DNA of 64,000 nucleotides from an uncultured bacterium. GTDB taxonomy: Bacteria > AUK180. Of the stretch, positions 29,137-38,814 are shown in pieces; position 1 is the first letter of the stretch; every line of letters begins with the position of its first letter. A model generated the notes under the pieces. It made no database searches, was not told where the DNA came from, and saw only the letters and a list, made by a program, of their open reading frames with translations. Location of the stretch: assembly GCA_937863565.1 (NCBI GenBank), contig CALMGJ010000009.1, forward strand, positions 1 to 64,000, given 5' to 3'. The position numbers and the translations under genes are program-made.

Positions 29137-30345
29137 CTACTCCTTTCTATCCTCTTCAAGAAGATGCGATAATTTCTCTTTTTTCGTTCTGAGATATTTT
29201 TCATTGTATCTGTTCGGTTTAATGATCACGGGGACTCTTTCCGTTATCTCGAGCCCGTAACCTTTGAGACCTATCATCTTTCTGGGATTATTCGTGATCT
29301 GCCGGATCGTTTTCAATCCCAGCGCTTTCAATATCTGTGCGCCTACGCCGTAATTGCGCTGATCCGCTTTAAAACCCAACGCCTCGTTCGCTTCAACGGT
29401 ATCCATCCCTTTGTCCTGAAGATTGTATGCGATGAGCTTATTGTGAAGGCCTATCCCTCTTCCTTCCTGACGCATATAGAGAAGCACGCCGGTGCCCTCT
29501 CGCGCGATCATCTGAAGGGCGTACTGGAGTTGATCTCCGCAATCGCACCGGAGCGAATGAAGCGCGTCGCCCGTAAGACATTCGGAATGTACCCTGACAA
29601 GCACATCCCTTTTACCCGTTATATCCCCCGCGATCAGCGCCAGATGCTCCTCCTTGCCGTCGATCGTCTGGAAGAGTATCCCTTTGAAATAACCGTGCTT
29701 AGTGGGAAAATCAAAGCTCGTTACTTCGCTCACGGTTTTTTCCGTTTTTAACCGGTACTGGATAAGGGATTCTATCGAAATGAGCTTGAGGGAGAATTTC
29801 TTCGCGATCTTCTTCAGATCGGGAAGGCGGGCCATCTCGCCGTTGTCAAGCATTATCTCGCAAATGGCCGCCACCGGGTTCAAACCCGACAGGAGGCACA
29901 GGTCTACGGCCGCTTCGGTATGCCCCGCTCTTTTCAGGACTCCGAAATCTTTGGCGACCAGGGGGAATACGTGACCGGGACGCACAAAATCGTCGGGAAC
30001 GGCGGCCGTGTCGGTGAGTTTTTTGATCGTTACCGCTCTGTCCTTCGCAGAGATCCCGGTTTTGATCCCGCACGACGCATCGATCGAAACACGGAAATCC
30101 GCCCCTTCTACCTCTTTAGGCTCGCTGGTCATGGGAGGGAGATTGACCCTATCGCTGATCAGCCTGGATATGGGCACACAGATCAGTCCCCGGCCTTCTT
30201 TTGCCATGAAATTTATGATCTCCGGCGTAACATTATCGCCGGCCGCTATGAAATCCCCTTCATTTTCGCGGTTCTCGTCATCGACCACGATAACGATCTT
30301 ACCCTTCTTGAAATCGGCGATCGCGTCTTCTATCCTATCTAACAT
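29137..30345 (-). CDS. ribBA: Bifunctional DHBP synthase / GTP cyclohydrolase II
   Basis: DDENRENEGD, RPGHVFPL, GHTEA, RVHSECLTGD, RCDCG, QEGRGIG. Confidence 0.97.
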   Translation of the reverse strand: MLDRIEDAIADFKKGKIVIVVDDENRENEGDFIAAGDNVTPEIINFMAKEGRGLICVPISRLISDRVNLPPMTSEPKEVEGADFRVSIDASCGIKTGISAKDRAVTIKKLTDTAAVPDDFVRPGHVFPLVAKDFGVLKRAGHTEAAVDLCLLSGLNPVAAICEIMLDNGEMARLPDLKKIAKKFSLKLISIESLIQYRLKTEKTVSEVTSFDFPTKHGYFKGILFQTIDGKEEHLALIAGDITGKRDVLVRVHSECLTGDALHSLRCDCGDQLQYALQMIAREGTGVLLYMRQEGRGIGLHNKLIAYNLQDKGMDTVEANEALGFKADQRNYGVGAQILKALGLKTIRQITNNPRKMIGLKGYGLEITERVPVIIKPNRYNEKYLRTKKEKLSHLLEEDRKE

Positions 30346-30925
30346 TTTTCACTAATCCGTTCAAATATTTGATCAGCATGTCGTATTCGACGTTCACCGG
30401 GTCTCCCTGCCTGATGTCCTTCAAGTTCGTACCCTCAATGGTTTCGGGTATCACTGAAACTTCAAAAAGTCCAGGGGAGATGCTCCTCGAAATGGTGAGA
30501 GAAACCCCGTTTATTGCTATTGAACCTTTTTCGATCACGTATTTATTGTCCTTCTTTACGGAGAATCTGAAGATCATATTGGAAGGATGCCTGAAGATGC
30601 CTTCGAGTTTCCCTGTGGTATCGATATGACCGTAGACAAAATGTCCTCCGATCCTATCTCCTGCTTTTAACGAGGGCTCAATATTGAGAATATCGTTCAC
30701 TTTCCTGTTCTTCAAAGAGGAGCGGTCCATTGTTTCCTCCGAAACGTCAAAATAGAAATCGGAAGACTCTTTTCCGGTGAGTGTCAGGCATACGCCGTCA
30801 ACGGCGATGCTGTCCCCTTTGTGGGCATCTTCAAGGCCCTCGATCCTGCAATGCAGGACATTGAATCCGCTCTTTTTCTGATGGCCCATATATAGGCCTT
30901 TATGCCTTATCAGTCCGGTGAACAT
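30335..30925 (-). CDS. ribE: Riboflavin synthase (alpha chain)
   Basis: MFTGLI start, GDSIAVDGVCLT, GGHFVYGHID, KGSIAINGVSLT. Confidence 0.95.
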   Translation of the reverse strand: MFTGLIRHKGLYMGHQKKSGFNVLHCRIEGLEDAHKGDSIAVDGVCLTLTGKESSDFYFDVSEETMDRSSLKNRKVNDILNIEPSLKAGDRIGGHFVYGHIDTTGKLEGIFRHPSNMIFRFSVKKDNKYVIEKGSIAINGVSLTISRSISPGLFEVSVIPETIEGTNLKDIRQGDPVNVEYDMLIKYLNGLVKNVR

Positions 30926-30956
30926 TAAATTAAATAACAAAGAGTGTTAAGAAATA

Positions 30957-31205
30957 CTATTTCTTCTCTTCGTCCTTTTTTACTTCTTCTACTTTCTTTT
31001 CCTTGTCTTCTTCCAATTTGAGCTCTTTTTTCCTGATCCCGGCGTCCTTGATGTCATTGATGCCGATGAAAAGGGAAATTATCGCTACGAAGAAGAAAAA
31101 GATAGGCAGTGCTCCTTTGATAAAGCCAACAAGGTCCGGCCACCAGATCTTTCCGGTGAAGAATGTCGCCACTGCAAAAACGATGAATAAAATGATTCCT
31201 ATCAT
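30957..31205 (-). CDS. Small membrane protein (2 TM, charged tail)
   Basis: RBS GGAGGT before ATG 31205; hydrophobic N-terminal half. Confidence 0.65.
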   Translation of the reverse strand: MIGIILFIVFAVATFFTGKIWWPDLVGFIKGALPIFFFFVAIISLFIGINDIKDAGIRKKELKLEEDKEKKVEEVKKDEEKK

Positions 31206-31231
31206 CTCATACCTCCGCAATTATAATTTTA

Positions 31232-31260
31232 ATTATATATGAAAAGCCGAAAATAGTCAA
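31232..31260 (-). promoter_or_regulatory. sigma70-type promoter of the rib-nusB operon
   Basis: TTGACT-17-TATAAT. Confidence 0.7.
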
Positions 31261-31390
31261 GAGTTGCGCCTCTTTTCGGGGCGGGGATGCGTTGCTATTT
31301 TGAAAATAGGGCTCTATCTGGTATAATTATCCATGGTCAAGACATATTCAATGTCAATGAGTGTTTTCTTTTCACAAAAAGGAGGCTGGA

Positions 31391-32239
31391 TTGAACAATT
31401 TCAATTATGAGAGGCCGCGGTCATTGAGGGAAGCCGTTTCTCTGCGGTCGCGAAATGCGGGGGCTTTCTATCTTGCCGGAGGGACCGACCTTATCGTGCA
31501 GATGCGCGACGATCTGCTTAAACCTTCCCTTCTCATTGACCTTAAAGCACTGAAACAGCTCGAGGGCATCGATATGAAGAAAGACGTACTCCATATTGCC
31601 GCGCTGACAAAGGTGAGTGCGGTGGAAATGGATAGAACTCTTCTTCGGACGCTTCCGTTCCTCTGTGATGCGGCAGGTTTTCTCGGGTCGCCGCTCACCA
31701 GGAATAAGGCAACGATCGGAGGGAATATCTGCAATGCTTCGCCTGCTGCGGAATTCGGCACACCTCTTATCGCGCTTAACGCAAGAGCCGTCATCTCCGA
31801 CGGGGAAAAAACGCGCGTGATGGCTGTCGAGGACTTCATGACGGGTGTAAAGAAGAATGCTTTGAAAAGAGGCGAGTTGTTATCGGGATTCATCATCCCG
31901 GACCCGAAAGGTCATAAGGGGCGCTTTTTCAAAAAATCAAGAATAAAACTCGTTGATCTTGCCACGGTCAATATAACAGTGATAAAAAAAGGTACGGAAT
32001 ACAGGATCGCGATCGGATCATGTTTCATTAAACCTCTCAGGATAAGGACAGCGGAAGAAATGCTGCGGGGCATTAAAGAACCGGACGCGCGGCTTCTCGG
32101 TAAAGCGGCCCGGATCTGCGCAGAGGAGATCAAACCCATCGACGATCTCCGGGGCACTGCCGATTTCAGAAGGGATATCGTTTTTCACTATGTGAAAAAA
32201 CTGCTCGGGGAATTGACCGCTAAAGGAGGACAAAGATGA
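31391..32239 (+). CDS. Xanthine dehydrogenase-family FAD-binding subunit
   Basis: LAGGTDL, RNKATIGGNICNASPAAE, PIDDLRGTADFR; TTG start after AGGAGG. Confidence 0.92.
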   Translation: MNNFNYERPRSLREAVSLRSRNAGAFYLAGGTDLIVQMRDDLLKPSLLIDLKALKQLEGIDMKKDVLHIAALTKVSAVEMDRTLLRTLPFLCDAAGFLGSPLTRNKATIGGNICNASPAAEFGTPLIALNARAVISDGEKTRVMAVEDFMTGVKKNALKRGELLSGFIIPDPKGHKGRFFKKSRIKLVDLATVNITVIKKGTEYRIAIGSCFIKPLRIRTAEEMLRGIKEPDARLLGKAARICAEEIKPIDDLRGTADFRRDIVFHYVKKLLGELTAKGGQR

Positions 32240-32727
32240 AGAAAGGATTCGTTCATGAAATAAATTTTACGGTGAACGGCATTAAACGGGCCCTTTCCGT
32301 CCATTCAAACGAGACGCTTCTGAAGGTCCTCCGCGAACATTACGGCCTTACGGGCGCAAAGGAAGGATGCGGGGGCGGGGAATGCGGCGCATGCACCGTT
32401 CTTTTGAACGGATCGCCCGTTAACTCCTGTCTTGTTCTTGCGGTCGAGGCTGACAATGCCCATATCCTCACGATCGAAGGCATCGCGGCGAAAGATTCCA
32501 TTCATCCCATACAGCAGGCTTTCATAGAATACGGTGCCGTGCAATGCGGTTTCTGTACGCCAGGAATGATAATGACAGCATATGCCCTTCTCCAGAAGAA
32601 CCCTGACCCGGACGAAGCTCAGATCAAAAGAGCCCTGAGCGGTAATCTTTGCAGATGCACGGGATATGTTCAGATCATAGAAGCGGTGAAAGCTGCGGCA
32701 AAACGCATGAAAGGGAAGCGGGGGTGA
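32236..32727 (+). CDS. Xanthine dehydrogenase-family [2Fe-2S] subunit
   Basis: GCGGGECGACTV, QCGFCTPG, GNLCRCTGY. Confidence 0.95.
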   Translation: MKKGFVHEINFTVNGIKRALSVHSNETLLKVLREHYGLTGAKEGCGGGECGACTVLLNGSPVNSCLVLAVEADNAHILTIEGIAAKDSIHPIQQAFIEYGAVQCGFCTPGMIMTAYALLQKNPDPDEAQIKRALSGNLCRCTGYVQIIEAVKAAAKRMKGKRG

Positions 32728-32731
32728 ACTC

Positions 32732-35074
32732 ATGAAGAATTTTAAAAGTATCGGAAAACCTTCACCCAGAGAGGACGCTTACGACAAGGCTACGGGGAAC
32801 GCTAAATACATCGCCGATATCGATTTTCCGGGAATGCTCTACGGGAAGGTGTTGAGGAGTCCGCACCCCCATGCCGTCATAAAAAAGATCGATACATCAA
32901 AAGCGGAAAAGCTCAATGGCGTTGTGGCTGTGACGCATGCCGCCAAGTGCCCGTACAAGATGGGCCTTTACCTTGTGGACAGGCCTGTTTTCGCAACAGG
33001 AAAAGTGCGGTATATGGGAGAACCCGTAGCGGCTGTTGCGGCGGTTTCCGAAGAGATAGCGGAAGAAGCGCTCAAACTCGTACGCGTCGAGTATGAGGAA
33101 CTGCCCGTCGTCGACAATATAGAGGATGCCCTGCGGAAAAAAGCTCCGCTCGTCCATCCTGACCTGATGAACTACGAATATCTGCCGATCTACTACCCGA
33201 AGAAGGATACAAATATCTTCAACCATTTTAAATTGCGGAAGGGTAATATCAATAAGGGTTTTCAGAAGGCATACAGGGTTTTCGAGAACGAATTCTATCT
33301 TCCTCAGATACATCATGTGCCGATGGAACCCCACGGAGCGATCGCCAAATGGGAAAGGGACGGGAAGCTGACCGTTTACTCATCCTGCCAGTCGCCCTTT
33401 ACTCTCCGCAACCTCATCCGGTACGCCTTTAAACTCTCCCATAAGGATGTCCGCGTCATCGCGCCATATGTAGGCGGAGGGTTCGGCGGCAAGGCCGGGA
33501 TAAATATGGAACCGCTGGCCGTTGCATTAGCAAAGGAGGCCAAGGGCAAATGGGTCAAACTCATTTTCTCGAGGGAAGAGACCTTTACGGGCACCGTTGT
33601 CCGCCAGGCGATGAAGGGAAAGATCAAAACGGGAGTATCGAGAAAAGGCAGGATCGTCGCCGAGAAGATCGAGCTTTTCTTCGACGGCGGGGCATATGCC
33701 GAATACGGTACGAATGTCGTCCGGGCCGCCGGTTATACGATCATCGGTCCCTATGATATTGAGAATGTTCAGGGGGATTCTTACGGAGTTTATACGAACC
33801 ATCTTGTGGGAGGGGCGTTCAGGGGTTTCGGGCACGGTGAACTGCATTGGGTGGTCGAGTCTCAGATGGACATCATAGCGCATGCCATGAAGATGGATCC
33901 GGCCGAGTTCAGGAGGATCAATGTCCTCAAACCCGGCTCCAGGAACTCCATGGGGCAGACGATAACGGAACATACGGGGAACATGACGGCCTGCATCGAT
34001 GCCGTTGCCGAAAAATTGGATTGGGGAAAGAAGAGAATGAAGCTGCCGGCCCATATTAAAAGAGGCAAGGGACTGGCCGTTCTGGAAAAGGCCCCGGCCA
34101 TGCCGGCGAACGCCACATCCTGCGCAAGGGTGAAGTTCAACGAGGACGCTACGGTGATCGTGCAATTCTCCGGAATGGAGATCGGGCAGGGCTGCATCGC
34201 CGCCCTCTCGCAGATCTGCGCCGAACGTCTAAAGATGGATATTACAAAGGTCCATGCAGCAGGGCTTCCCGATACTGATTTCTCCCCGTATGAATGGCAA
34301 ACGGTCGCATCCCGCATTACGTGGGCCGTAGGGAATGCCGTGATCAATGCCGTGGACGATGCGCACGCCAAGATAAAGAAAGTGGCCGCGCAGGTATTCG
34401 GATCGGTCCCCGAAGAACTTGATGTGGATGGAGAGAAAGTTTTTTTAAAGAAGGACACGAAAAAGTTCATTCCTCTTCCCGATATCGTCCTCGGATACCA
34501 GTATCCCGACGGGCATACGATAGGCGGGCCGGTCGAGGGCGTGGGGACATTCACGCCGCATCTTACGAATCTTGACAAGAATACGGGTCAGGGCGATGCG
34601 GCCGCCGAATGGACTTTCGGATGCGAAGGAGCCGAGGTCGAGGTGAATACGGAGACCGGAGAGCTTAAGGTGTTGGACCTTATCGGGGCTTTCGATCTCG
34701 GCACTGTGATAAACCCTCTCACTGCAAAAGGGCAGATCATAGGCGGAATGATCCAGGGTCTCGGAAGCGCAGTTCTGGAGGAGCTGAAATACAAAGACGG
34801 CAAAGTGCGGAACGCGAGTTTTGTGGACTACAAGATCCTGACCGCCGCGGACCTTCCGGAAAAGATCACTTCGATATTCATCCAAACGCCTGATGCTAAG
34901 GGGCCTTACGGCGCTCGGGCTGTCGGAGAACACCCGATGATCTCGGTGCCGGCCGCGATCGCCAATGCCGTGTACGATGCCGTAGGCGTGAGGATACATT
35001 CGCTTCCGCTTACCGACGAGAACATCCTCAGGCATCTGAAGGCGAAAAAAGCGGATAAGGGAAAGAAAAAATAG
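32732..35074 (+). CDS. Xanthine dehydrogenase-family molybdopterin-binding subunit
   Basis: RSPHPHA, PMEPHG, GGGFGGK, AFRGFG, EIGQG, GARAVGE. Confidence 0.95.
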   Translation: MKNFKSIGKPSPREDAYDKATGNAKYIADIDFPGMLYGKVLRSPHPHAVIKKIDTSKAEKLNGVVAVTHAAKCPYKMGLYLVDRPVFATGKVRYMGEPVAAVAAVSEEIAEEALKLVRVEYEELPVVDNIEDALRKKAPLVHPDLMNYEYLPIYYPKKDTNIFNHFKLRKGNINKGFQKAYRVFENEFYLPQIHHVPMEPHGAIAKWERDGKLTVYSSCQSPFTLRNLIRYAFKLSHKDVRVIAPYVGGGFGGKAGINMEPLAVALAKEAKGKWVKLIFSREETFTGTVVRQAMKGKIKTGVSRKGRIVAEKIELFFDGGAYAEYGTNVVRAAGYTIIGPYDIENVQGDSYGVYTNHLVGGAFRGFGHGELHWVVESQMDIIAHAMKMDPAEFRRINVLKPGSRNSMGQTITEHTGNMTACIDAVAEKLDWGKKRMKLPAHIKRGKGLAVLEKAPAMPANATSCARVKFNEDATVIVQFSGMEIGQGCIAALSQICAERLKMDITKVHAAGLPDTDFSPYEWQTVASRITWAVGNAVINAVDDAHAKIKKVAAQVFGSVPEELDVDGEKVFLKKDTKKFIPLPDIVLGYQYPDGHTIGGPVEGVGTFTPHLTNLDKNTGQGDAAAEWTFGCEGAEVEVNTETGELKVLDLIGAFDLGTVINPLTAKGQIIGGMIQGLGSAVLEELKYKDGKVRNASFVDYKILTAADLPEKITSIFIQTPDAKGPYGARAVGEHPMISVPAAIANAVYDAVGVRIHSLPLTDENILRHLKAKKADKGKKK

Positions 35075-35103
35075 AGCGTGCCGTTCTTCTGAAAGCCTCA
35101 AGG

Positions 35104-35889
35104 ATGACCGCTTCTTTACGCGGGACTTTCATCGTTTCACGGATATTCTCAGTACGCTATATATTCCAAAACTCGATAGATCTCGCTGACAAGAAAGGCT
35201 CTATGACATGTTTGACCGGCGGGGATTATCTTCCCACAAGAGGCTTATGCGTGCCGGAACTGGATACGTCGGTTTTCCGGACAGGAGAAGTATGCGCAGC
35301 GGAAGCGGGAATGATAACCGGGGCCGGCGTCTTCATTGATACCGGCGGGGCCGTGATCCTGGAGAACCGGATCGCGAAGTTCAAGGTGCCGGGCAAAGTC
35401 TCTTTCGATTTACTTTTGGAAAAAACGAAGAGGCTTTTTCTTCCGACCGGGACGCGATCGGAATATTTGATGCGTTTTTTAAAAAAGGAGGATCCTTTCG
35501 GCACATTTCCCGAAATGGAGATCCTGTGCGGTCATTTGATCTCGAATATCGGTAGGGGCGAAGGGCTTACGCCTTCCGGGGACGACCTGTTCCTCGGTTT
35601 CTATACGGCCTGTTCCCTTTTTCTGAAAAGATCGCCTTTCCCGGAAGGTTTTCTTTCAGCCTGCAAAGAAGGCATGTCGGACATTTCAAAAAGCGAGTTT
35701 GATGATATTAAAAACGGGTTCATTCCCGAGTTCATGTGTTTGTATCTTGATTTCCTTTCAGCAAAGGAGCGGCCTGCGGAAACGATGGCCGCGATAAAGA
35801 ATTACGGGCACCTATCCGGGGAGGACCATATAGCGGGATTCATGCTGTTTCTGCAGAACCTGCACATATTCGAAAAGGAACTGAAATGA
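35104..35889 (+). CDS. DUF2877 (YlbF/AllH-like) protein
   Basis: IGRGEGLTPSGDD and GHLSGED motifs. Confidence 0.8.
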   Translation: MTASLRGTFIVSRIFSVRYIFQNSIDLADKKGSMTCLTGGDYLPTRGLCVPELDTSVFRTGEVCAAEAGMITGAGVFIDTGGAVILENRIAKFKVPGKVSFDLLLEKTKRLFLPTGTRSEYLMRFLKKEDPFGTFPEMEILCGHLISNIGRGEGLTPSGDDLFLGFYTACSLFLKRSPFPEGFLSACKEGMSDISKSEFDDIKNGFIPEFMCLYLDFLSAKERPAETMAAIKNYGHLSGEDHIAGFMLFLQNLHIFEKELK

Positions 35890-37379
35890 AAGAAACCATT
35901 GTCGTTAAAAAGAATTCTTATTTTGATTCGGTCCAGCTGATGCGTATTTCCAACCTTATAAAAAAGGAGAAGGGCATTACAGACGCGCAATTGATCATGG
36001 GAACAGACCAGAACAAGGAATTCCTTTACGGGTCCGGGATCCGGAGTAAGGCTGTCGACGAAGCCGGTCCGATGGACCTTGTGATCTATATCAAAGCGGA
36101 GAAAAATGATACCGATCCCGAGGAGCTTTTTGCCAAAGCTTTAAAAAAAACGAGAGAAAATACCGGGGAGGCTTTCCGGCACGGTTCTCTGGAGGGCGCT
36201 ATAAAAACGTATCCGGGAATAAATTTCGCCCTGATCTCGGTCCCCGGCAAATATGCCTTCTGGGAAGCACGGAACGCCCTGCATCTGGGGCTCAACGTGA
36301 TGATATTTTCTGACAATGTATCCCTTGACGAAGAGATCGAATTAAAGCACATTGCGCGGGAAAAGGGTCTCATCGTGATGGGGCCCGATTGCGGAACGGC
36401 CATCGTGAACGGGACCCCTCTCGCATTCGCCAATACGGTAAGAAGCGGAAATATCGGCATCGTTTCCGCTTCGGGAACGGGACTTCAAGCGGTCGCCTGC
36501 GCCGTCCATAATCTCGGTGGAGGGATTTCCCAGGCGATAGGGACGGGAGGGAGGGACCTCTCTGCGGAAGTGGGGGGCATTTCCGCAAAGACCGCCGTCG
36601 AAGCCCTTTGCGAAGACGGAGAAACGGAGGTGATCGCTTTCATTTCAAAACCTCCGGACAAGAAGATCATGGACGAAATTACGGGGTTCATCTCTACGCA
36701 GAAGAAGGATTTCGTCGTTTATTTCATCGGATCGGAGAAAAAAGGGCGCAAAGGGAATATTTTCTATGCGTCATCCCTTGACGACGCTGCAAGAATAGCC
36801 GTGGATATCGGCGTGATGAAAAACCTGAAGGACGAGACCGCGGAGCACTCATTCATCCTGAAGGAGAGGAAGCCGGGTCACCTCAGAGCATATTATACGG
36901 GCGGCACCCTCGCCTACGAATGCATCAACATCCTGGCAAAGAACGGCATGGAGGTACGGTCCAATATATCCAAAAAGCCCGATCTTCTTCTTAAGGACCC
37001 GTGGACTCCTTCCGGGGATTCCGTCATAGATCTCGGTGAGGATTTTTTTACGCGAGGCAAGGCTCATCCGATGATAGACCCGGAATCAAGGATCAAAATG
37101 CTCGAGAAAGAGGCCCTTGATCCCGCCGGATCTTTCATCATACTCGATATCGTCTTGGGATGGGGTTCGCACGAAGATATGGCCGGCGCCCTGACCGGTC
37201 CCTTGAAGAAACTGAAAAATAAAGAGTTATTCGCGTATATTCTGGGAACGCCCATGGATATGCAGAACCTCGAGGAGCAGAAGAAAAAGCTTGCCGCCGC
37301 AGGGGTCAAGTGCTTTTTACGACATGACGAGATGATATTCAAATGTATGGAGCTTATGGGATATGAAAAAGTTAAGTGA
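35886..37379 (+). CDS. fdrA: FdrA / acyl-CoA synthetase-like protein (AllF-like)
   Basis: YFDSVQLM, FSDNV, MGPDCGT, SGTGLQ, GTGGRDLS, GGTLAYE, HPMIDP. Confidence 0.9.
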   Translation: MKETIVVKKNSYFDSVQLMRISNLIKKEKGITDAQLIMGTDQNKEFLYGSGIRSKAVDEAGPMDLVIYIKAEKNDTDPEELFAKALKKTRENTGEAFRHGSLEGAIKTYPGINFALISVPGKYAFWEARNALHLGLNVMIFSDNVSLDEEIELKHIAREKGLIVMGPDCGTAIVNGTPLAFANTVRSGNIGIVSASGTGLQAVACAVHNLGGGISQAIGTGGRDLSAEVGGISAKTAVEALCEDGETEVIAFISKPPDKKIMDEITGFISTQKKDFVVYFIGSEKKGRKGNIFYASSLDDAARIAVDIGVMKNLKDETAEHSFILKERKPGHLRAYYTGGTLAYECINILAKNGMEVRSNISKKPDLLLKDPWTPSGDSVIDLGEDFFTRGKAHPMIDPESRIKMLEKEALDPAGSFIILDIVLGWGSHEDMAGALTGPLKKLKNKELFAYILGTPMDMQNLEEQKKKLAAAGVKCFLRHDEMIFKCMELMGYEKVK

Positions 37380-37557
37380 ACTGTTCGGGGAGAAGTTGTT
37401 CGTTGTGAACGCCGGGATCGCCATGTTCGCGGAGAATATCCGTAAGGCGGGAGGCGAGGCGGCGGATATCGAATGGCGGCCGCCTGCCAAAGGGAACGCG
37501 GAGATCTTGAAGAAGATCAAGAAGATCAAGTTCGGAACAAAAAAAGCGGGAGGCTGA
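37363..37557 (+). CDS. FdrA C-terminal domain protein (split)
   Basis: VVNAGIAMFAE...EWRPPAKGN resembles the C-terminal tail of full-length FdrA. Confidence 0.75.
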   Translation: MKKLSELFGEKLFVVNAGIAMFAENIRKAGGEAADIEWRPPAKGNAEILKKIKKIKFGTKKAGG

Positions 37558-37559
37558 TC

Positions 37560-38801
37560 ATGGATTTCAATAAGATCAATCTGGAAGCTTTCGGGAAAAT
37601 ACTGCGAGCGGAACCCCGGATCATCGGGCTCGACATTGCTAAAAATGTTATCCCCGACTTCAGGGACAATATGCTCCTTCACGCCGGTCCTCCGGTAACA
37701 TGGGAGAGGATGTGCGGACCCATGAAAGGCGCGATGACCGGAGCGCTTCTTTACGAGAAAAAAGCAAAAAATGAAAGTGAAGCCGCGGAAATGCTCTCTT
37801 CCGGGCAGTTCCTATTCGATCCTTGTCATCATCACAATACCGTAGGCCCGATGGCCGGCGTTCTTTCCCCTTCCATGCCTGTATGGATCCTCGAGAACAG
37901 GACTTTCGGGAACAGGGCGTACTGCACTCTGAACGAAGGGCTCGGCAAAGTATTAAGATACGGCGCATTTTCCTCCGAAGTCATAGACCGCCTCCGCTGG
38001 ATGGCCGATATCCTCTATCCTGCGCTTAAAGATATTGTGGCGCTCTCCGGCGAGATCGCGATGAAGCCTCTTATAGCGCAGGCTCTTCAAATGGGGGATG
38101 AGGGACATAACCGGAACCGCGCGGGCACATCGCTTCTACTCCGGCTCATCACTCCCTATCTTTTCGATCTTGATATCGCCGAGAAAGTCAAAAAGGATAT
38201 TTTCAAATTCATCGATTCGAACGATCATTTCTTTCTGAACCTCACGATGCCGGCCGCGAAGTGTTCGGTGCAGACGATCGAAGGGACCGAAGGATGTTCT
38301 CTTGTGACAGTGATGGCAAGGAACGGAACGGAACTCGGGATAAAAGTGGCGGGATTGCAGGGTAAATGGTTCACGGGACCGTCCCAGAAGGTAGAAGGCC
38401 TGTACTTACCAGGATTTTCAGAGAAGGACGCCAATCCCGATATAGGCGATTCCACGATCACGGAAACGGCAGGCATCGGCGCTTTTGCCATGGCCGCGGC
38501 GCCCGCCATAGTAGGGTTCGTCGGGGGCAGCGCCCAGGATGCCCTCAATTATACGATGAAAATGTACGATATCACTTACGGCGAGAACGATGTATATAAG
38601 ATCCCGCAGCTGAATTTCAGAGGCACGCCCACCGCGATCGATATCGTGAAGGTCGTGGAAACGGGCATACTCCCCAGGATCAATACCGGTATAGCGCACA
38701 GGGAAGCCGGTATAGGGCAGGTAGGCGCAGGACTTACATTCCCGCCCGAGAACGTTTTCACCGACGCGCTGAACGCCTTCTATGAAAAATACGCGAAATA
38801 A
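37560..38801 (+). CDS. DUF1116 (YlbE/AllG-like) protein
   Basis: LLHAGPP, PCHHH.TVGPMAG, MGDEGHNRN, ARNG, DIGDSTITE, INTGIAH. Confidence 0.9.
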   Translation: MDFNKINLEAFGKILRAEPRIIGLDIAKNVIPDFRDNMLLHAGPPVTWERMCGPMKGAMTGALLYEKKAKNESEAAEMLSSGQFLFDPCHHHNTVGPMAGVLSPSMPVWILENRTFGNRAYCTLNEGLGKVLRYGAFSSEVIDRLRWMADILYPALKDIVALSGEIAMKPLIAQALQMGDEGHNRNRAGTSLLLRLITPYLFDLDIAEKVKKDIFKFIDSNDHFFLNLTMPAAKCSVQTIEGTEGCSLVTVMARNGTELGIKVAGLQGKWFTGPSQKVEGLYLPGFSEKDANPDIGDSTITETAGIGAFAMAAAPAIVGFVGGSAQDALNYTMKMYDITYGENDVYKIPQLNFRGTPTAIDIVKVVETGILPRINTGIAHREAGIGQVGAGLTFPPENVFTDALNAFYEKYAK

Positions 38802-38814
38802 AAGGAAGGGCTAT

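Noticed and set aside
30940..31260. FMN riboswitch upstream of the rib genes
   Set aside because: No RFN consensus seen; the space holds a small membrane gene and an AT-rich promoter.
32897..35101. Several long minus-strand ORFs within the Mo-subunit gene
   Set aside because: Antisense shadows of a well-supported CDS, with no motifs.
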